NCBI RefSeq assembly: GCF_963921235.1
Contig: NC_086097.1
Coordinates: 28,832,001 to 28,896,000, forward strand
DNA from: Mobula hypostoma
Lineage: Eukaryota
Direction of reading: 5' to 3'
Length of the DNA: 64,000 nt
This document shows positions 36,631 to 48,570 of the stretch, piece by piece. The notes under the pieces were generated by a model. It made no database searches, had not been told where the DNA came from, and saw only the letters and a list, made by a program, of their open reading frames with translations. The number at the start of each line of letters is the position of its first letter. Within the stretch, counting starts at the first letter, position 1. The position numbers and the translations under genes were made by a program.

Positions 36631-37795
36631 ATTGTAGCGGTGTGCTACACATAGCGCTAGAATAACCACACGGAGTGAGTTAGAGTTGCAATGAAAGAGA
36701 TTTATTCAAACTTCGCGGCCTGCTTTAAAGCCTTCCCGTTCCCCGCCCTCCCTGGGGCAGGACTGCTGTTGTGAGCCGGTTCATGGGTGCCAGAAAGTGG
36801 GTCGCCACACTAACCTCATTTCCTGCATTTGGTCCACATCTTTCTAAACCCTTTCCATCCATGTAACCGTCCAAATAACTTTAAAACAGTCCTTGTAATA
36901 TCCTCTACCACCACCTCTGTCTGCTTGCTACTAATGCAAAAAAACTTACCTGTCAGATCCACTTTTTAGCCTTTTACCCTAAACCTATATAGCTCAGAAA
37001 GACTGGGAAGGGTCTAAGACCACATCCTTGCTGTTCATGCAAACAAGAAACTGCCTGAGGAATCAGTAGGAGCCGTATCAGTTGGTGGGGGTAGTCTAGG
37101 ATCAGAGGGCACAACCTCAGAATAGAGGGATGTTCATTTAGAAGAGATGAGGGTGGTAAACATGTGGAATTTGTTGCCACAGGCAGCTGTGGAGACCAAG
37201 TCATTGGGTATATTTAAGGCAGAGGTTGATAGATTCTTGATTAGTCAGGAAATGAAGGGTTACGGGCATAAGGCTGGAGATTGGGGCTGAGAAGGAAATG
37301 GATCAGCCATGAGAAAATGGTGGAGCAGACCCGATGAGGCAAGTGGCAAATATATATATTTTAGTTTAAATAACTAGATGTAAAATTGATTCTTTGGATT
37401 AATCTATTAATAATACAATTATCTATGCAATGTAAACAGACAAGTGAGGAAAACTAACTTCCATTAAGTTAATGAAATAACTACTCTTTATTGCAAGAAA
37501 GAACACTGTACTGGCCAAAAAAAAAATACACCAAGAAACAATTTCACAAGCCACCTTTAGATTATGGTAGGAGTTTGAACTCATCTGTCAATGCAACTGA
37601 AAAATTAATTACACTGGCAATGTGCAAATTTGGTCAATTATTATAGTTATTTGACTATAACTTTCAGATACTATGAACAGCTGAAAAGAAATTAATGTGT
37701 TCTGCTGGAGCTGCTTTAACTACCGCAATGAATAAAGGATCACTACTGTGGTCAAGTCTATTAAATGAAGCCATAAGCATCCCGATTCAGCAAAA

Positions 37796-38012
37796 CACAT
37801 CAAAGTTGCTGATGAACGCAGCAGGCCAAGCAGCATCTATAGGAAGAGGCGCAGTCGACGTTTCAGGCCGAGACCCTTCGTCCTGACGAAGGGTCTCGGC
37901 CTGAAACGTCGACTGCGCCTCTTCCTATAGATGCTGCTTGGCCTGCTGCGTTCACCAGCAACTTTGATGTGTGTTGCTTGAATTTCCAGCATCTGCAGAA
38001 TTCCTGTTGTTT
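37796..38012. mobile_element. PLE pLTR fold-back insertion with 14-bp TSD
   Basis: TSD CCGATTCAGCAAAA at 37782-37795 and 38013-38026; arms 37795-37882 and 37885-37972; hammerhead core intact on plus strand at 37880-37913. Confidence 0.93.
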
Positions 38013-38339
38013 CCGATTCAGCAAAAACTTGGTTTTACAATTGCAATATTAGTCAGTGAGGCAAGCATACTCAAAACATTTCACAGTGTAATTGACACTG
38101 CTTAGGTGAAGGTTACTGAACGTTGTGGGCAAATGAGGTTCACAAAGAAATATTTTATGCACTCCTTGATCACTTATTACCAAATTAACTAAGCTTTCTT
38201 AACAGCTTACATCATCTTACCATCATGAATCTAGTCAAAAAGATAAAATATTTCCCTTAACATAAAGCAAATAAATTAACCCTTTCTAAAGTACAAAGAA
38301 GAAACATTGCTTACATCAACTTCTGAAATTAACATTACG

Positions 38340-39130
38340 TCACTTTTTATTGTCATTTCGACCATAACTGCTGGTACAGTACACAGTAAAAACCAGATGT
38401 TTTTCAGGACCACGGTGCTACGTGAACAATACAAAAACTACACTGAACTATGTTAAAAAAAACAACACAAAACTACACTGGACTACAGACCTACCCAGGA
38501 ATGCCTAAAGTGCACAAAACAGTGCAGGCATTACAATAAATAATAAACAAGATATGCAACAAATATGCATAGTAGAGGGCAGTAGGTTGGTGTCAGTCCA
38601 GACTCTGGGTATTGAGGAGTCTGATGACTTGGGGGAAAAAACTCTTACATAGTCTGGTCGTGAGAGCCTGAATACTTCGGTGCCTTTTGTCAGATGGCAG
38701 GAGGGCGAAGAGTTCTTATGAGGGGTGCGTGGGATCCTTCATAATGCTGTTTGCTTTATGGATGCAGCATGTGGTGTAAATGTCTGCAATGGAGGGAAGA
38801 GAGACCCTGATGATCTTCTCAACTGACCTCACTATCCGCTGCAGGGTCTTGCGATCCAAGATGGTGCAATTTCTGAACCAGGCAGTGATGCAGCTGCTCA
38901 GGATGCTCTCAATACAACCTCTGTAGAATGTGGTGAGGATGGGGGGGTGGGAGATGGACTTTTCTCAGCCTTCACAGAAAGTAGAGACGCTGCTGGGCTT
39001 TCTTTGCTATGGATCTGGTGTTGAGGGACAAGGTGAGATTCTCCACCAGGTGAACACCAAGAAATTTGGTGCTCTTAACGATCTCTACAGAGGAGTCATC
39101 GATGTTCAGCGGAGAGTGGTCTCCATCAAC
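38340..39130 (-). mobile_element. Rex1/Babar LINE 3' fragment
   Basis: VEIVKSTKFLGVHLVENLT..AKKAQQRLYFL; 3' AATAAA tail. Confidence 0.85.
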
Positions 39131-40868
39131 CGTACTATAACTATAACAAATATTCTCTACGAATGCGAACAAATTCTGGGAAGTCACTTATCTCCAAAGT
39201 CACAATTCATCCTTTTAGCTGCATCCTGGTTCTTCAGAAATGTATCTCCATCCTAACTGGAGTAATGCATCACTGATTCTTCATTAACACCAGACAAATT
39301 TCTCCGCATTCGCCAACCAATTCCAAAATGGGGGGAAAACATCACCATCACTACTTAAGGGTCTACAATCACCTTCACCAGAACAACATTTAATCATACT
39401 CAAGAGTACTACTGAACAATGTGATAATTAAAATCTGCAAGCAGAAGGCCATGGATTACATGCTTTGCACTAAATTGTCTCTATTTCATCATGTACAATA
39501 GATTACAATTTAGTGCAAAACTATTTTCAGTCAGTAAAAGGAACATCAACAATGTTAAATAGGCACAAGATCAAAGAGGTGCTGTCAAACAAACTACCTT
39601 GGGAGATCATAAAACGTCAATTTTCTGCTTGAAGTTTAAAAACCAGAATATTCAGTAATGTTTGCTAAATTTGTCTCTAAAGTTTCTCACCCAATCTTTT
39701 CAATCTTGTTGAAAAATGCGTCTGTAAAATGTGTAATAGTAAATCACGCTGCTGATATAGTAAATAAAGCAACCGAGGAAGGCTCTGCGTTTCGTTACGT
39801 CACTTCGAAGAAAATGCTTTTCCAGCTACCAAGACAAAGAGAGTAACTCAGAAGAAGATAACATGATCTTCCCACTCAGTCTATGAACCATCTCTGAATC
39901 ACTGAGTGGGCTGGTTTATTCAGAACCAAATCAACCAGACTGAGGTAAGAACAATTTTAGGCTTTTATGGTACTGCTTTATGGTACTGTTTGGATCATTC
40001 ATGCCCATCAACTTAACCCTTAACCATAAAGCAGAGTACATGCCCTACAGCCCATGTCCCACTGACTTTTTAAATCTACTCCAAGATCAATCTAACCCCC
40101 ACTCCTTTTATCTTTTAAAAAGGTTTTTGCAGAATTTGGATGTTACTAACATGACCAGCCTTTATTGTCAATTCCTAATTCCCTACAAGGTGTTAACAAG
40201 TTGCTACAATTCATTTGGTGAAGGTGTTCCCACAATGCTTGCTGGTGCAATTGGGATACCTTGATATTTATTCATGAGCTTAGTGCTGAAAAAAATGAAT
40301 GTGACAGTGGCCTTTTGGGCCTTAATTCTCATTACAAACTATGCCAGACTCTAGGGCTGAATTTAATCAACTAGAAAAAAAAAATTTTAAATCTGGATAA
40401 AGCTGGGGGGGGGGGGGGAGTGGTACTGGGGCAGGTTTACAAGATACCAATTAGTACTAAGACCTTGAGGTGAATTTGTCCTCCTACTCTAAAAAAATGT
40501 TTTGAGCCTCATTCCTAAATGCCATCTCAGCTGAAAATGGCTAACTCGAATACAAGCTGGATGGTGCCACCTACTCTATGTATAGAAGACCACACATTAA
40601 TCCAACTACCTGTACAAGCTATGGTGACTGACTCTGATTACAGAGAAAAATAGGATTATCAGAAACAAATCCATCAATTGTTTCTTTTAATAAATTACAA
40701 ATACAGATATTCATTCTTTTAATTAGTGCAAGGACAGCAGCACTCAAGCATTACCAAAATGCCTATACTTAGTAAAAACTCAAAGTAAATTTATTGTCAA
40801 AGTACATATATGTCGCCACATACTACCTCGAGATTAATTTTCTTGTAAACCGTTACAGGGAAATAAAG

Positions 40869-41421
40869 TGTAATGTGCTGTAAGGTTTCACTGCTAACGT
40901 AATGGCTTCTCTGTAATGTTCCACTGCTAAGGTAAAGGTTTCTCTGTAGCAGCAATGTTTGGGTAACGACTAGAGATAACGGGGACGTTAGCCAATGAGT
41001 GGGATGTTGTTCTTTCTTGTGTGTCTGGGAGCTGGGAATTCGCGGTCTTTTGCTGGGGAAAGATGAGGAGAGAAGACGCGAATGGAGAGAGTTGGACCGC
41101 CATACGGAGTGGACTTGGAGCGAGGGTCTGACGATCGGAGGAGGTCGATGGTGGACGAACTGCCCTATCAGTGAGCTCCAATGTTGCACATTAGACTATT
41201 TCATGAGGATGGGCCCTTTTTCTTTTTTTAGTTTTCTTTACTAACCATATAGTCAAATTAAGAATTATAAAGCTCAATCGTTTAATCACATATTGTGTAC
41301 TGTTTGTTATTCCGTGGTACCGATTTGTAACAGGGGACATATCGCACAGCATCCACCCAAACAAGATTTCTTAAGTTTGGTCGGGCCAGGGGCTATCATC
41401 CCCTATATTAAGCTGCTAACA
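40869..41421 (+). mobile_element. Possible LTR-like insertion in a Rex1 3' tail
   Basis: TGT...ACA-bounded, CpG-richer block interrupting a tail also seen uninterrupted near 47415; no TSD found. Confidence 0.4.
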
Positions 41422-42150
41422 AACCAAGAATTACAAAAGAAAGAAAAAACTATATACAAAGTCACAAACAACCAATATACAAATAGCACAAATAAAATTG
41501 TACCTCCTTCCCGATGGTAGCATCGAGAAGGGCGCATGGCCTGGATGGTGGGGCTCTTGATAAATGCTGCTTTCTTGCGGCAGTGTTCTTTGTAAATTTG
41601 CTCAATGGGGTGGAATGGGCTGTATCCACCACTTTCTGTAATATTTTCCATTACTACTGAATTACTGAGAGGTATCCAAATTAAATACCTTATATTTTTT
41701 AAATAGAAAATAGCTAAAACAAAATGAAGGACTTTCCTCCCTCCCCCAACGAGGTTGGGCGAGATTAGAACTAGAGGACATATAGGCCAAAGGTGAAATA
41801 TCAAGGGGAACTTGAGGGGAGGGAATGGTGCCAGTGTGGAACGAGTGAAAGTGGTGGATGCAGATTCAAATGCAACATTTAAGGGAGGTTTGGATAGATA
41901 TGCAGATCAGAGGGGTATGGAGGGCTATGGTCTGGTTGCAGGTAGATGGGACTGGACAACAAAACAGTTTGGCATGGACTAGATGGGCCAAAGGGCCTGT
42001 TTACGTGCTCTACGAGTCTATAATATTCAAAACTCCCAGCTGGTGCAAGGGAGAGTTCATTTGTACTGTAGTAGAGCGACACTGATTCAAACAGCGTCAA
42101 TAGCAAAAAAGATCTATTGCTTTTCCAGTGCATATGATGAATAAGTTTTG

Positions 42151-42349
42151 CTAATTGCTATTGATGCTGACTAAACACTTCTCGGGCTTCCAGCCAGGTA
42201 CAGGTATTGATTATAACAGGTGTTTTAATGACAAACTCTGCCTTCCTCTTCAGGGATGGTCGAGTTTGTCACAGAAACGTCAGTTAAAATTGATAGCTGT
42301 ACCCAGCTGGAAGCCAGAGAAGAGTTTAATCAGCATTAATAGCAATTAG
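42151..42349. repeat. Imperfect 199-bp palindrome, probably a fold-back of a second PLE family
   Basis: CTAATTGCTATTGATGCTGACTAAACACTTCTCGGGCTTCCAGC versus GCTGGAAGCCAGAGAAGAGTTTAATCAGCATTAATAGCAATTAG; GAAACGTC near the centre. Confidence 0.8.
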
Positions 42350-45109
42350 TGGAATTTTCAAATGGTAGCATTTTACAAAGCATAAACATATGCATCAGTT
42401 TTTAAAAAAAAACATACCAACTATATAATTACACTCCTCTACACATGAAGAAGCTGAGGCAAAGGTGTAGTTTTGGTACGGAATTAAAAATACATGTGCA
42501 TCAATGTAGCACTTGTGTACAGACAGCAAAGTGTGCAACTGATCAAACTTTATTTGCACAGTCTCAAACTGACCAGCAACATTGGTATCTGATGGAAATA
42601 TCTTGGATAATCGAAGACAGGAAAATAGTCCTCACTGCTAAAAGGATGAAAATCAGGTACTATTGGGTAAGTCAGAAAATAAGGGAAAGGATGGAGAGGG
42701 AATGTAATACAATAGACCTTTTGTGTGATGCCCCATAATTAATTATTTCAAACTGCTTGCATTATTTGGAAAACCTCCAATCAGTACAGCATCATAGAAT
42801 TATACACTCAGGAGCTTTGTAGCAAGTCTAAAAAAAACAAAAACATGGAGTTGTAACACTGAGTGCTTCACACAGTGAGAAGAAATGCATGAAAATTTCC
42901 CATATCTGACATGGTTAATTAGATGACACTTATTAACCATAAATAAAGCAAATTGTAGCTGCAAACTTACATCAAAAAGAGGAATAACCAAAAATTGCTA
43001 CCATACCTATTGCAAAGCTGCACCTGCATCAAAGTACAATCTCAAACCTATACTATATAAACAATAAAGCAATACAAAAGATTAATTAATAAATATTAGT
43101 TTCTTTGTAATATCATTTCCAAGTATAAAGGGGAAAATACTTTCTTTTGTGGCTTTTATTGCTCTACGCATTTACCAATCCTCCATATGCACAATTCTAA
43201 TCATACAAAACAAGTCATTCAATTTATAAAATCAGTGAGATTGCTCACCCCACTAGAATTCAGTGTATGCACTGATGACACAGTAGTTCCTGTGGATTAT
43301 GATATTCAGTTTGCTATCCTAATAGCATTATTCAAGAAATAAGAGGATTTATGTAGAAAAACATTTTCAAGCTTCAACTGCAGTTAACACATTTTTAACA
43401 TTTACATAAAACTGTTGCTTTCTCATAAGACTAATTAAAACAACTTGGGTTTATGTAGCAGTTTTCACATTCTTAGGACAAGCTGCTTCACAGTCAACTG
43501 GTTAAATATAGCTACTGTTATTGAGACAAACTGGGAATGAGATGATAAGAAATTTCTTTACTTGGGAAGGTTGTGAATATTGATATTCTCCATGCCAGGT
43601 GTTTTAGATGCTCAGTCCTTAAGGCTGCGATAGTTTTTTGGACATAAAAGAAAATTAAAGAATCAAAGAAATAAAAAAAAAACAAATTTGAAACAGAGGA
43701 TTGGAACAAGTTTGAGCTTGCACATTGCCAGTCCTGTTCCTAGTTTTTTTATAATTGAGTAAACAATTTGAGCTCAACAGTCTTAAAGTGATACGAATAT
43801 ACATTAATAATGCTAGTTTAAATTAAGCAATCATTTAGTTAGTCAATGGATAGTGCATGGAGTGCAGCAGTCAATGCATTGCTTTACAGTACCAGTCTGA
43901 CCACTCCACCCCCCAAAAATCAGGGTTCAATTCCAGCCACTACCTGTAAGCAGTCTGTACATTCTCCCTGCGAACATGCCGATTTCCTCCCACATTCCAA
44001 GATCTACAGTTTGGGTTAGTGAGTTGTGAGAAACATCTGCGAGTTGCTCAGCACAAGCCTCGCTGATTTGATTTGACGCCATCAACGTACTTCACTACAT
44101 GTTTCAATGTACACATGACAAATAAAGATCTTTTCCAAAATGCAGGTTTTCATCTGTCTGGATACGCTGTTGCCCAGATGAATCTGAAATAACTTCCACA
44201 AAAATGCTTTGGAATAAATTCTCTCGTCCTTTGAACCATGTCGCTACATTCACTTAAAAATACCTGCAAAGCCATTTCTGCCTTACTGCAAAATATGGCA
44301 GCATGGTTAACAAGAAATTTGTGGAAGACAGTGAGATATCAACAGACCAGTCAAAAAAGAGATCAAAAATGGCAATTGAAATTTCATCCATGAACATGAG
44401 ACAATGCATTTGGGGAGAGAAAACAAGCCAGGAGTACACACACTAAATGTTAGGATACTGATACAGAGGAATCTTAGAGCATGTGTTCACAGACCCCTGA
44501 AGGTACCAGGACAGGAATATATGGTGGTTAAGAAAGCACGTGGACGCTTGTCTGTATTAGTCTGTAGCACAGAATACAAGAGCAGAGTTGGAATTGTAAC
44601 TAGGTCATAACAGAGTTATAATGTTTATATCTGGACTCTCACTATAGAAAGGAGGTGACACATCTAGAAAAACTGCAGAGGAAATCCACAATGATACAAC
44701 ACCGACTAGGCTCTGGATGTTTTCTTTCCAACAGAACAGAGCAAGGGGAATTCTACCTGATGCCTGTAAAATTCTGAGGGCACGGACTGTCTCAGTTCCC
44801 TTGATGATAAACTCAATAGAGAATTTAAAGATTCAGAGATAAGATGAGGAAATTCCTTTTCTCTGTGTCTACAAGGTGATGGAAATAGTTAAAAAGTAAT
44901 CAAGGAACAGACTAAGAAACAGGATATGGGAATAATCTAAATTGCTCCATTTTTGCTCGGTTTGGACATAGAGGATCAAAACGCATTTTTCTGTCCTATG
45001 AACAGCTATATTATTTGCTACACCTTAAAAACATTGTGATAACATTTTTAGGCCATATTGTCAATGTTAAACAAACCACAGATACTCAAACAAATCAGTT
45101 ATCTTATTC

Positions 45110-45632
45110 ACATGAAATTTTGCAGATGCTGGAAATCCAGAGTAACACACACACAATGCTGGAGGAAAACAGCAGGCACAGCATCCATGGGCAGGAATAA
45201 ACAGTCAATGTTTTGGGCTAAGACCCTTCATCAGGGTGGGAAAGGAAGGGAACAGAAGCTAGAAGAAGCTGGTAGGGGGACGGGTGGAAAAGGAGCACAA
45301 GTGGGCAGATAAAAGGTGAGAACAGGTGAGGGGGAAGGTGGGTGGGTGGGTGGGGGAGTGGGCTGAAGTGAGAACCTGGGAGGTGATAGATGGAAAAGGT
45401 AAAGGGCTGAACAAGGAATCTGACAGGAGTGGAGAATGGACTATGAGAGAAAGGGATGGAAGGGCACCAAGGAAGATGACAGGCAGGACAGGGGAAGAGA
45501 AAGGGTAAGAGGGGAGCCAGAATGGGGAAAGGAAAAGAGAGAAGGGGGAAAGAGGGAAAAAATTACCAGAAGTTAGACAAATCGATGTTCATGTCATCAG
45601 GTTGGAGGCTACCCAGACAGAATATGAGGTGT
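45110..45632 (-). mobile_element. Older PLE 3' fragment
   Basis: End of GIY-YIG region plus pLTR; hammerhead CTGATGA-A-GGGT-CTTA-GCCC-AAAAC with decayed GAAA. Confidence 0.75.
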
Positions 45633-46319
45633 TCTGTGTGTGTTGCCGTTATCTTATTGTTCTGTTAGATGAAACCAGCGCAGTTCTCAGGAGGTGATTC
45701 GGCCAAGGTGAAGCAGCAGCTCAAAGAAGACAATGAGAGGAGTTAATTTCAAAATGAACAACTAAATAACCATGGTATAAAAATGACCAAATGATGTTTT
45801 CAGTTTATTAATACCACAAGACTCACTGAATAAATATGTAGTGTGCACACTGGTTAGTGAACAAGTTTGGGACAATGGCTGGTATTCCACACACTAACAC
45901 AAGGATTTTCAATCACAGCTGTCTTGAAGAAAGCAACTTTTAAAGCACGGTATGAAGTGTTAAAGTAAACTTGGACTCTATAGATCAAATAAACATACCG
46001 GTTTGGTATTTCTAGCTCAAAGGATCAAAACAAACTTTGTAAAATCAGGTGGTCCTTTACAGCTACAGTAAAGGGTACATTATCTAGCATAAAAGACAAA
46101 ATGTTGGGAACAACAAACAGATTTGGTTACGGCAAGATATTGATCATCTGGTAAATTCAGCAGAGCAACAGCAGATGGAACATCATCCCGGTAAGTGTGA
46201 AGTGATGCATTTTGGGAGCTCAAGTCATGACATGCACAATGAATAATGGAACCCAACATAGTGTTGACTATGTTAAAAGTCTGTCAGTGTTTTGGGTGGG
46301 AGAAAAAGGGTTTACTTTG

Positions 46320-47120
46320 CTTTCCCTTCCACTTTCTCAGGGATCACTCTCTCTGCGATTCCCTTGTCCATTCATCGCTCTCCACTAATCTCCCTCTTGG
46401 CACCTATCGCTGCAAACAGCCCAAATGTTACACCTGCCCACTCACCTCCACTCAGGGCCCCAAACAGTCCTTCCAGGGGAGACAACAATTCACCTGCAGA
46501 TCTGCTGGGGTCATCTATTATGTCTGGTGCTCCTGATGCGGCCTCCACTACATTGGTGAGACACCTCAAACTGGGGGACTGCTTTGTTGAGCACCTCCAC
46601 TCCATCCGGCAAAAGCGGAACTTCCCAGAGGCCAAAGCATTTTAATTCCGATTCCCATTCCTGTTCTGATGTCTGCTCATGGTCTCCTCTTACGCCAAGA
46701 TGAAGTCACCCTCAGGGTGGAGGAGCAACACCTTGTATTCCACCAGGGTAACCTCCAATCTGATGGCATGAATATCGATTTCTCTTTCCGGTAAAAAAAA
46801 GTTTCCCCCCGCACCCTCCCCACTTCTTCTATTCCCCAATCTGGCCTTTTACCTCTTCTCGTCTGCCTATCACTTCCCCCTGGGTCCCCTCTCCTCTCCA
46901 ACCAGTTCCTTCTTCTCCAGCCCTTTACCTTTCCCACCCACCTGGCTTCACTATCACCTTCTGGCTAGTCTCTTTTCCCTCCCCACCACCTTTTTATTCT
47001 AGTGTCCTCCCCCTTCCCTTTTCAGTCCTGAAAAAGAGTCTCAGGCCGAAATGTTGACCATTTACTCACTTCAATAGATGCTGTCTGACCTGCTGAATTC
47101 CCCCAATTTTGTGTGTTGCT
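46320..47120 (+). mobile_element. Older PLE fragment (GIY-YIG + pLTR)
   Basis: GTYRCKQPKCYTCP..QGPKQSFQ..SAGVIYYVWCS. Confidence 0.85.
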
Positions 47121-47414
47121 TCGTTTTGCTATTGTTTTGTTTCATGGTTGTTGTTGTTGTGTTGTGGTTTGTTTTATTCATTCATTTAAGATACTGCACA
47201 GTAACAGATTCTTCCAGACCAACAAGCACACACCAGCCTATTACACCTTCTCTGTTGCTGTTGTAGATACTGTGTATTCACCTGAACATTGTGAGCATGC
47301 TATGTTAGCACCTGAACAAGAAGCAACAGTTGCAGGCTGCTTCCAGCACATCCCGAGATTATATTGGTTGTTAATGCAAAAGATGAATTTTACTGTACAA
47401 TATGTTTCAAAGTT

Positions 47415-48570
47415 CAAAGTAAATTTATTATCAAAGTACATATATGTCATCATATAGAACCCTGAAATCCATTTTCTTGCAGGCAATCACAGTAAATACA
47501 AGAAACACAATAGAATCAATGAAAGACGTGCAAAAAAAAACATTAGAACTATAAATACAAAAAGAAGTTCAAGTTGAAGTTTAATTGTCATTCAACCATA
47601 CATGAATACTCATGAATATAGCCACATGAAACAGCATTACTCCAGGGTAGCACTTCCGGACAAGAGGGAAAAAAGACATAATAATAATATTAATATTAAG
47701 CAATAAATATCGAGAACATGAGATGAAGAGTACTTGAAAGCAGGTCCAGTTCAGTGATGGGCGAGTGAAGTTATCCTCAGCCCCTGAGGCCCCTGTACCT
47801 CCTTCCTGATTGCAGCAACAAGAAAACAGCATAGCCTGCATGGTTTGGGGGGGGGGGGGGGTCCTTGATGATAGGTTGCTGCTTTCCTGTGACAGCACTC
47901 GATGTAGATGTGCTCAATGGTGAGAACCGTGTTATCTTTGATGGGCTGGGCCATATCCATTACCTTTTGCAGCCTTTTCCATACAAGGGCATTTTTGCTT
48001 CCATGCCAGGCTGTGATGCAACCAGTCAATATACTCTCCAGCACACATCTATAGAAGTTTGTTAGTTTTAGATAACGTGCAGAATCTTCGCAAACTTCTA
48101 AGAAGTGCTTTCTTCGTAATGGTATTTATGTGCTGGACCCAGAACGCAAGTATAAAGCAAGCAGAGCAGGGGGCTAAGCACACAGCCTTGTGGCGCACCT
48201 GTGCTGAGGGAGATTGTGGAGAAGATGCAGTTGCCAAACCAAACTGACTGGGGCCTGCAGGTGAAGAAATTGAGGATCCAGTTACACAAGGAGGTATTGA
48301 GGCCTAGAACTTGAAGCTTATTGATGAGTTTTGAGGGGATGATGGTATTGAATGCTGAGCTGTAGTCAATGAAGACTATGTGTTCTAAGCATCTTTGCTG
48401 TCCAGATGTTTCAGGATTGAGTGAAGAGCCAATGAAATGGCATCTGCTGTTGACCTGTTGTGACAGTAGGCAAATTGAAGTGGATCCAAGTCACTTCTCA
48501 TGCAGGAGTTGAAATGTTTCATCGCCAACCTCTCAAAGCACTTCATCACAGTGGATGTAAGTACTAATGG
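47415..48570 (-). mobile_element. Rex1/Babar RT fragments
   Basis: [33 protein letters not shown] and ESILTGCITAWHG. Confidence 0.85.

Larger units (their letters stand above)
32991..36809 (-). mobile_element. Ty3/Gypsy LTR retrotransposon, CsRn1-like; 3' LTR missing
   Basis: 5' LTR 36633-36809 (TGT..ACA), PBS, gag, then PR-RT-RH-IN domain order. Confidence 0.95.

Noticed and set aside
33122..36654. Antisense and alternate-frame ORFs over the Gypsy element
   Set aside because: By-products of GC-rich coding sequence; no motifs.
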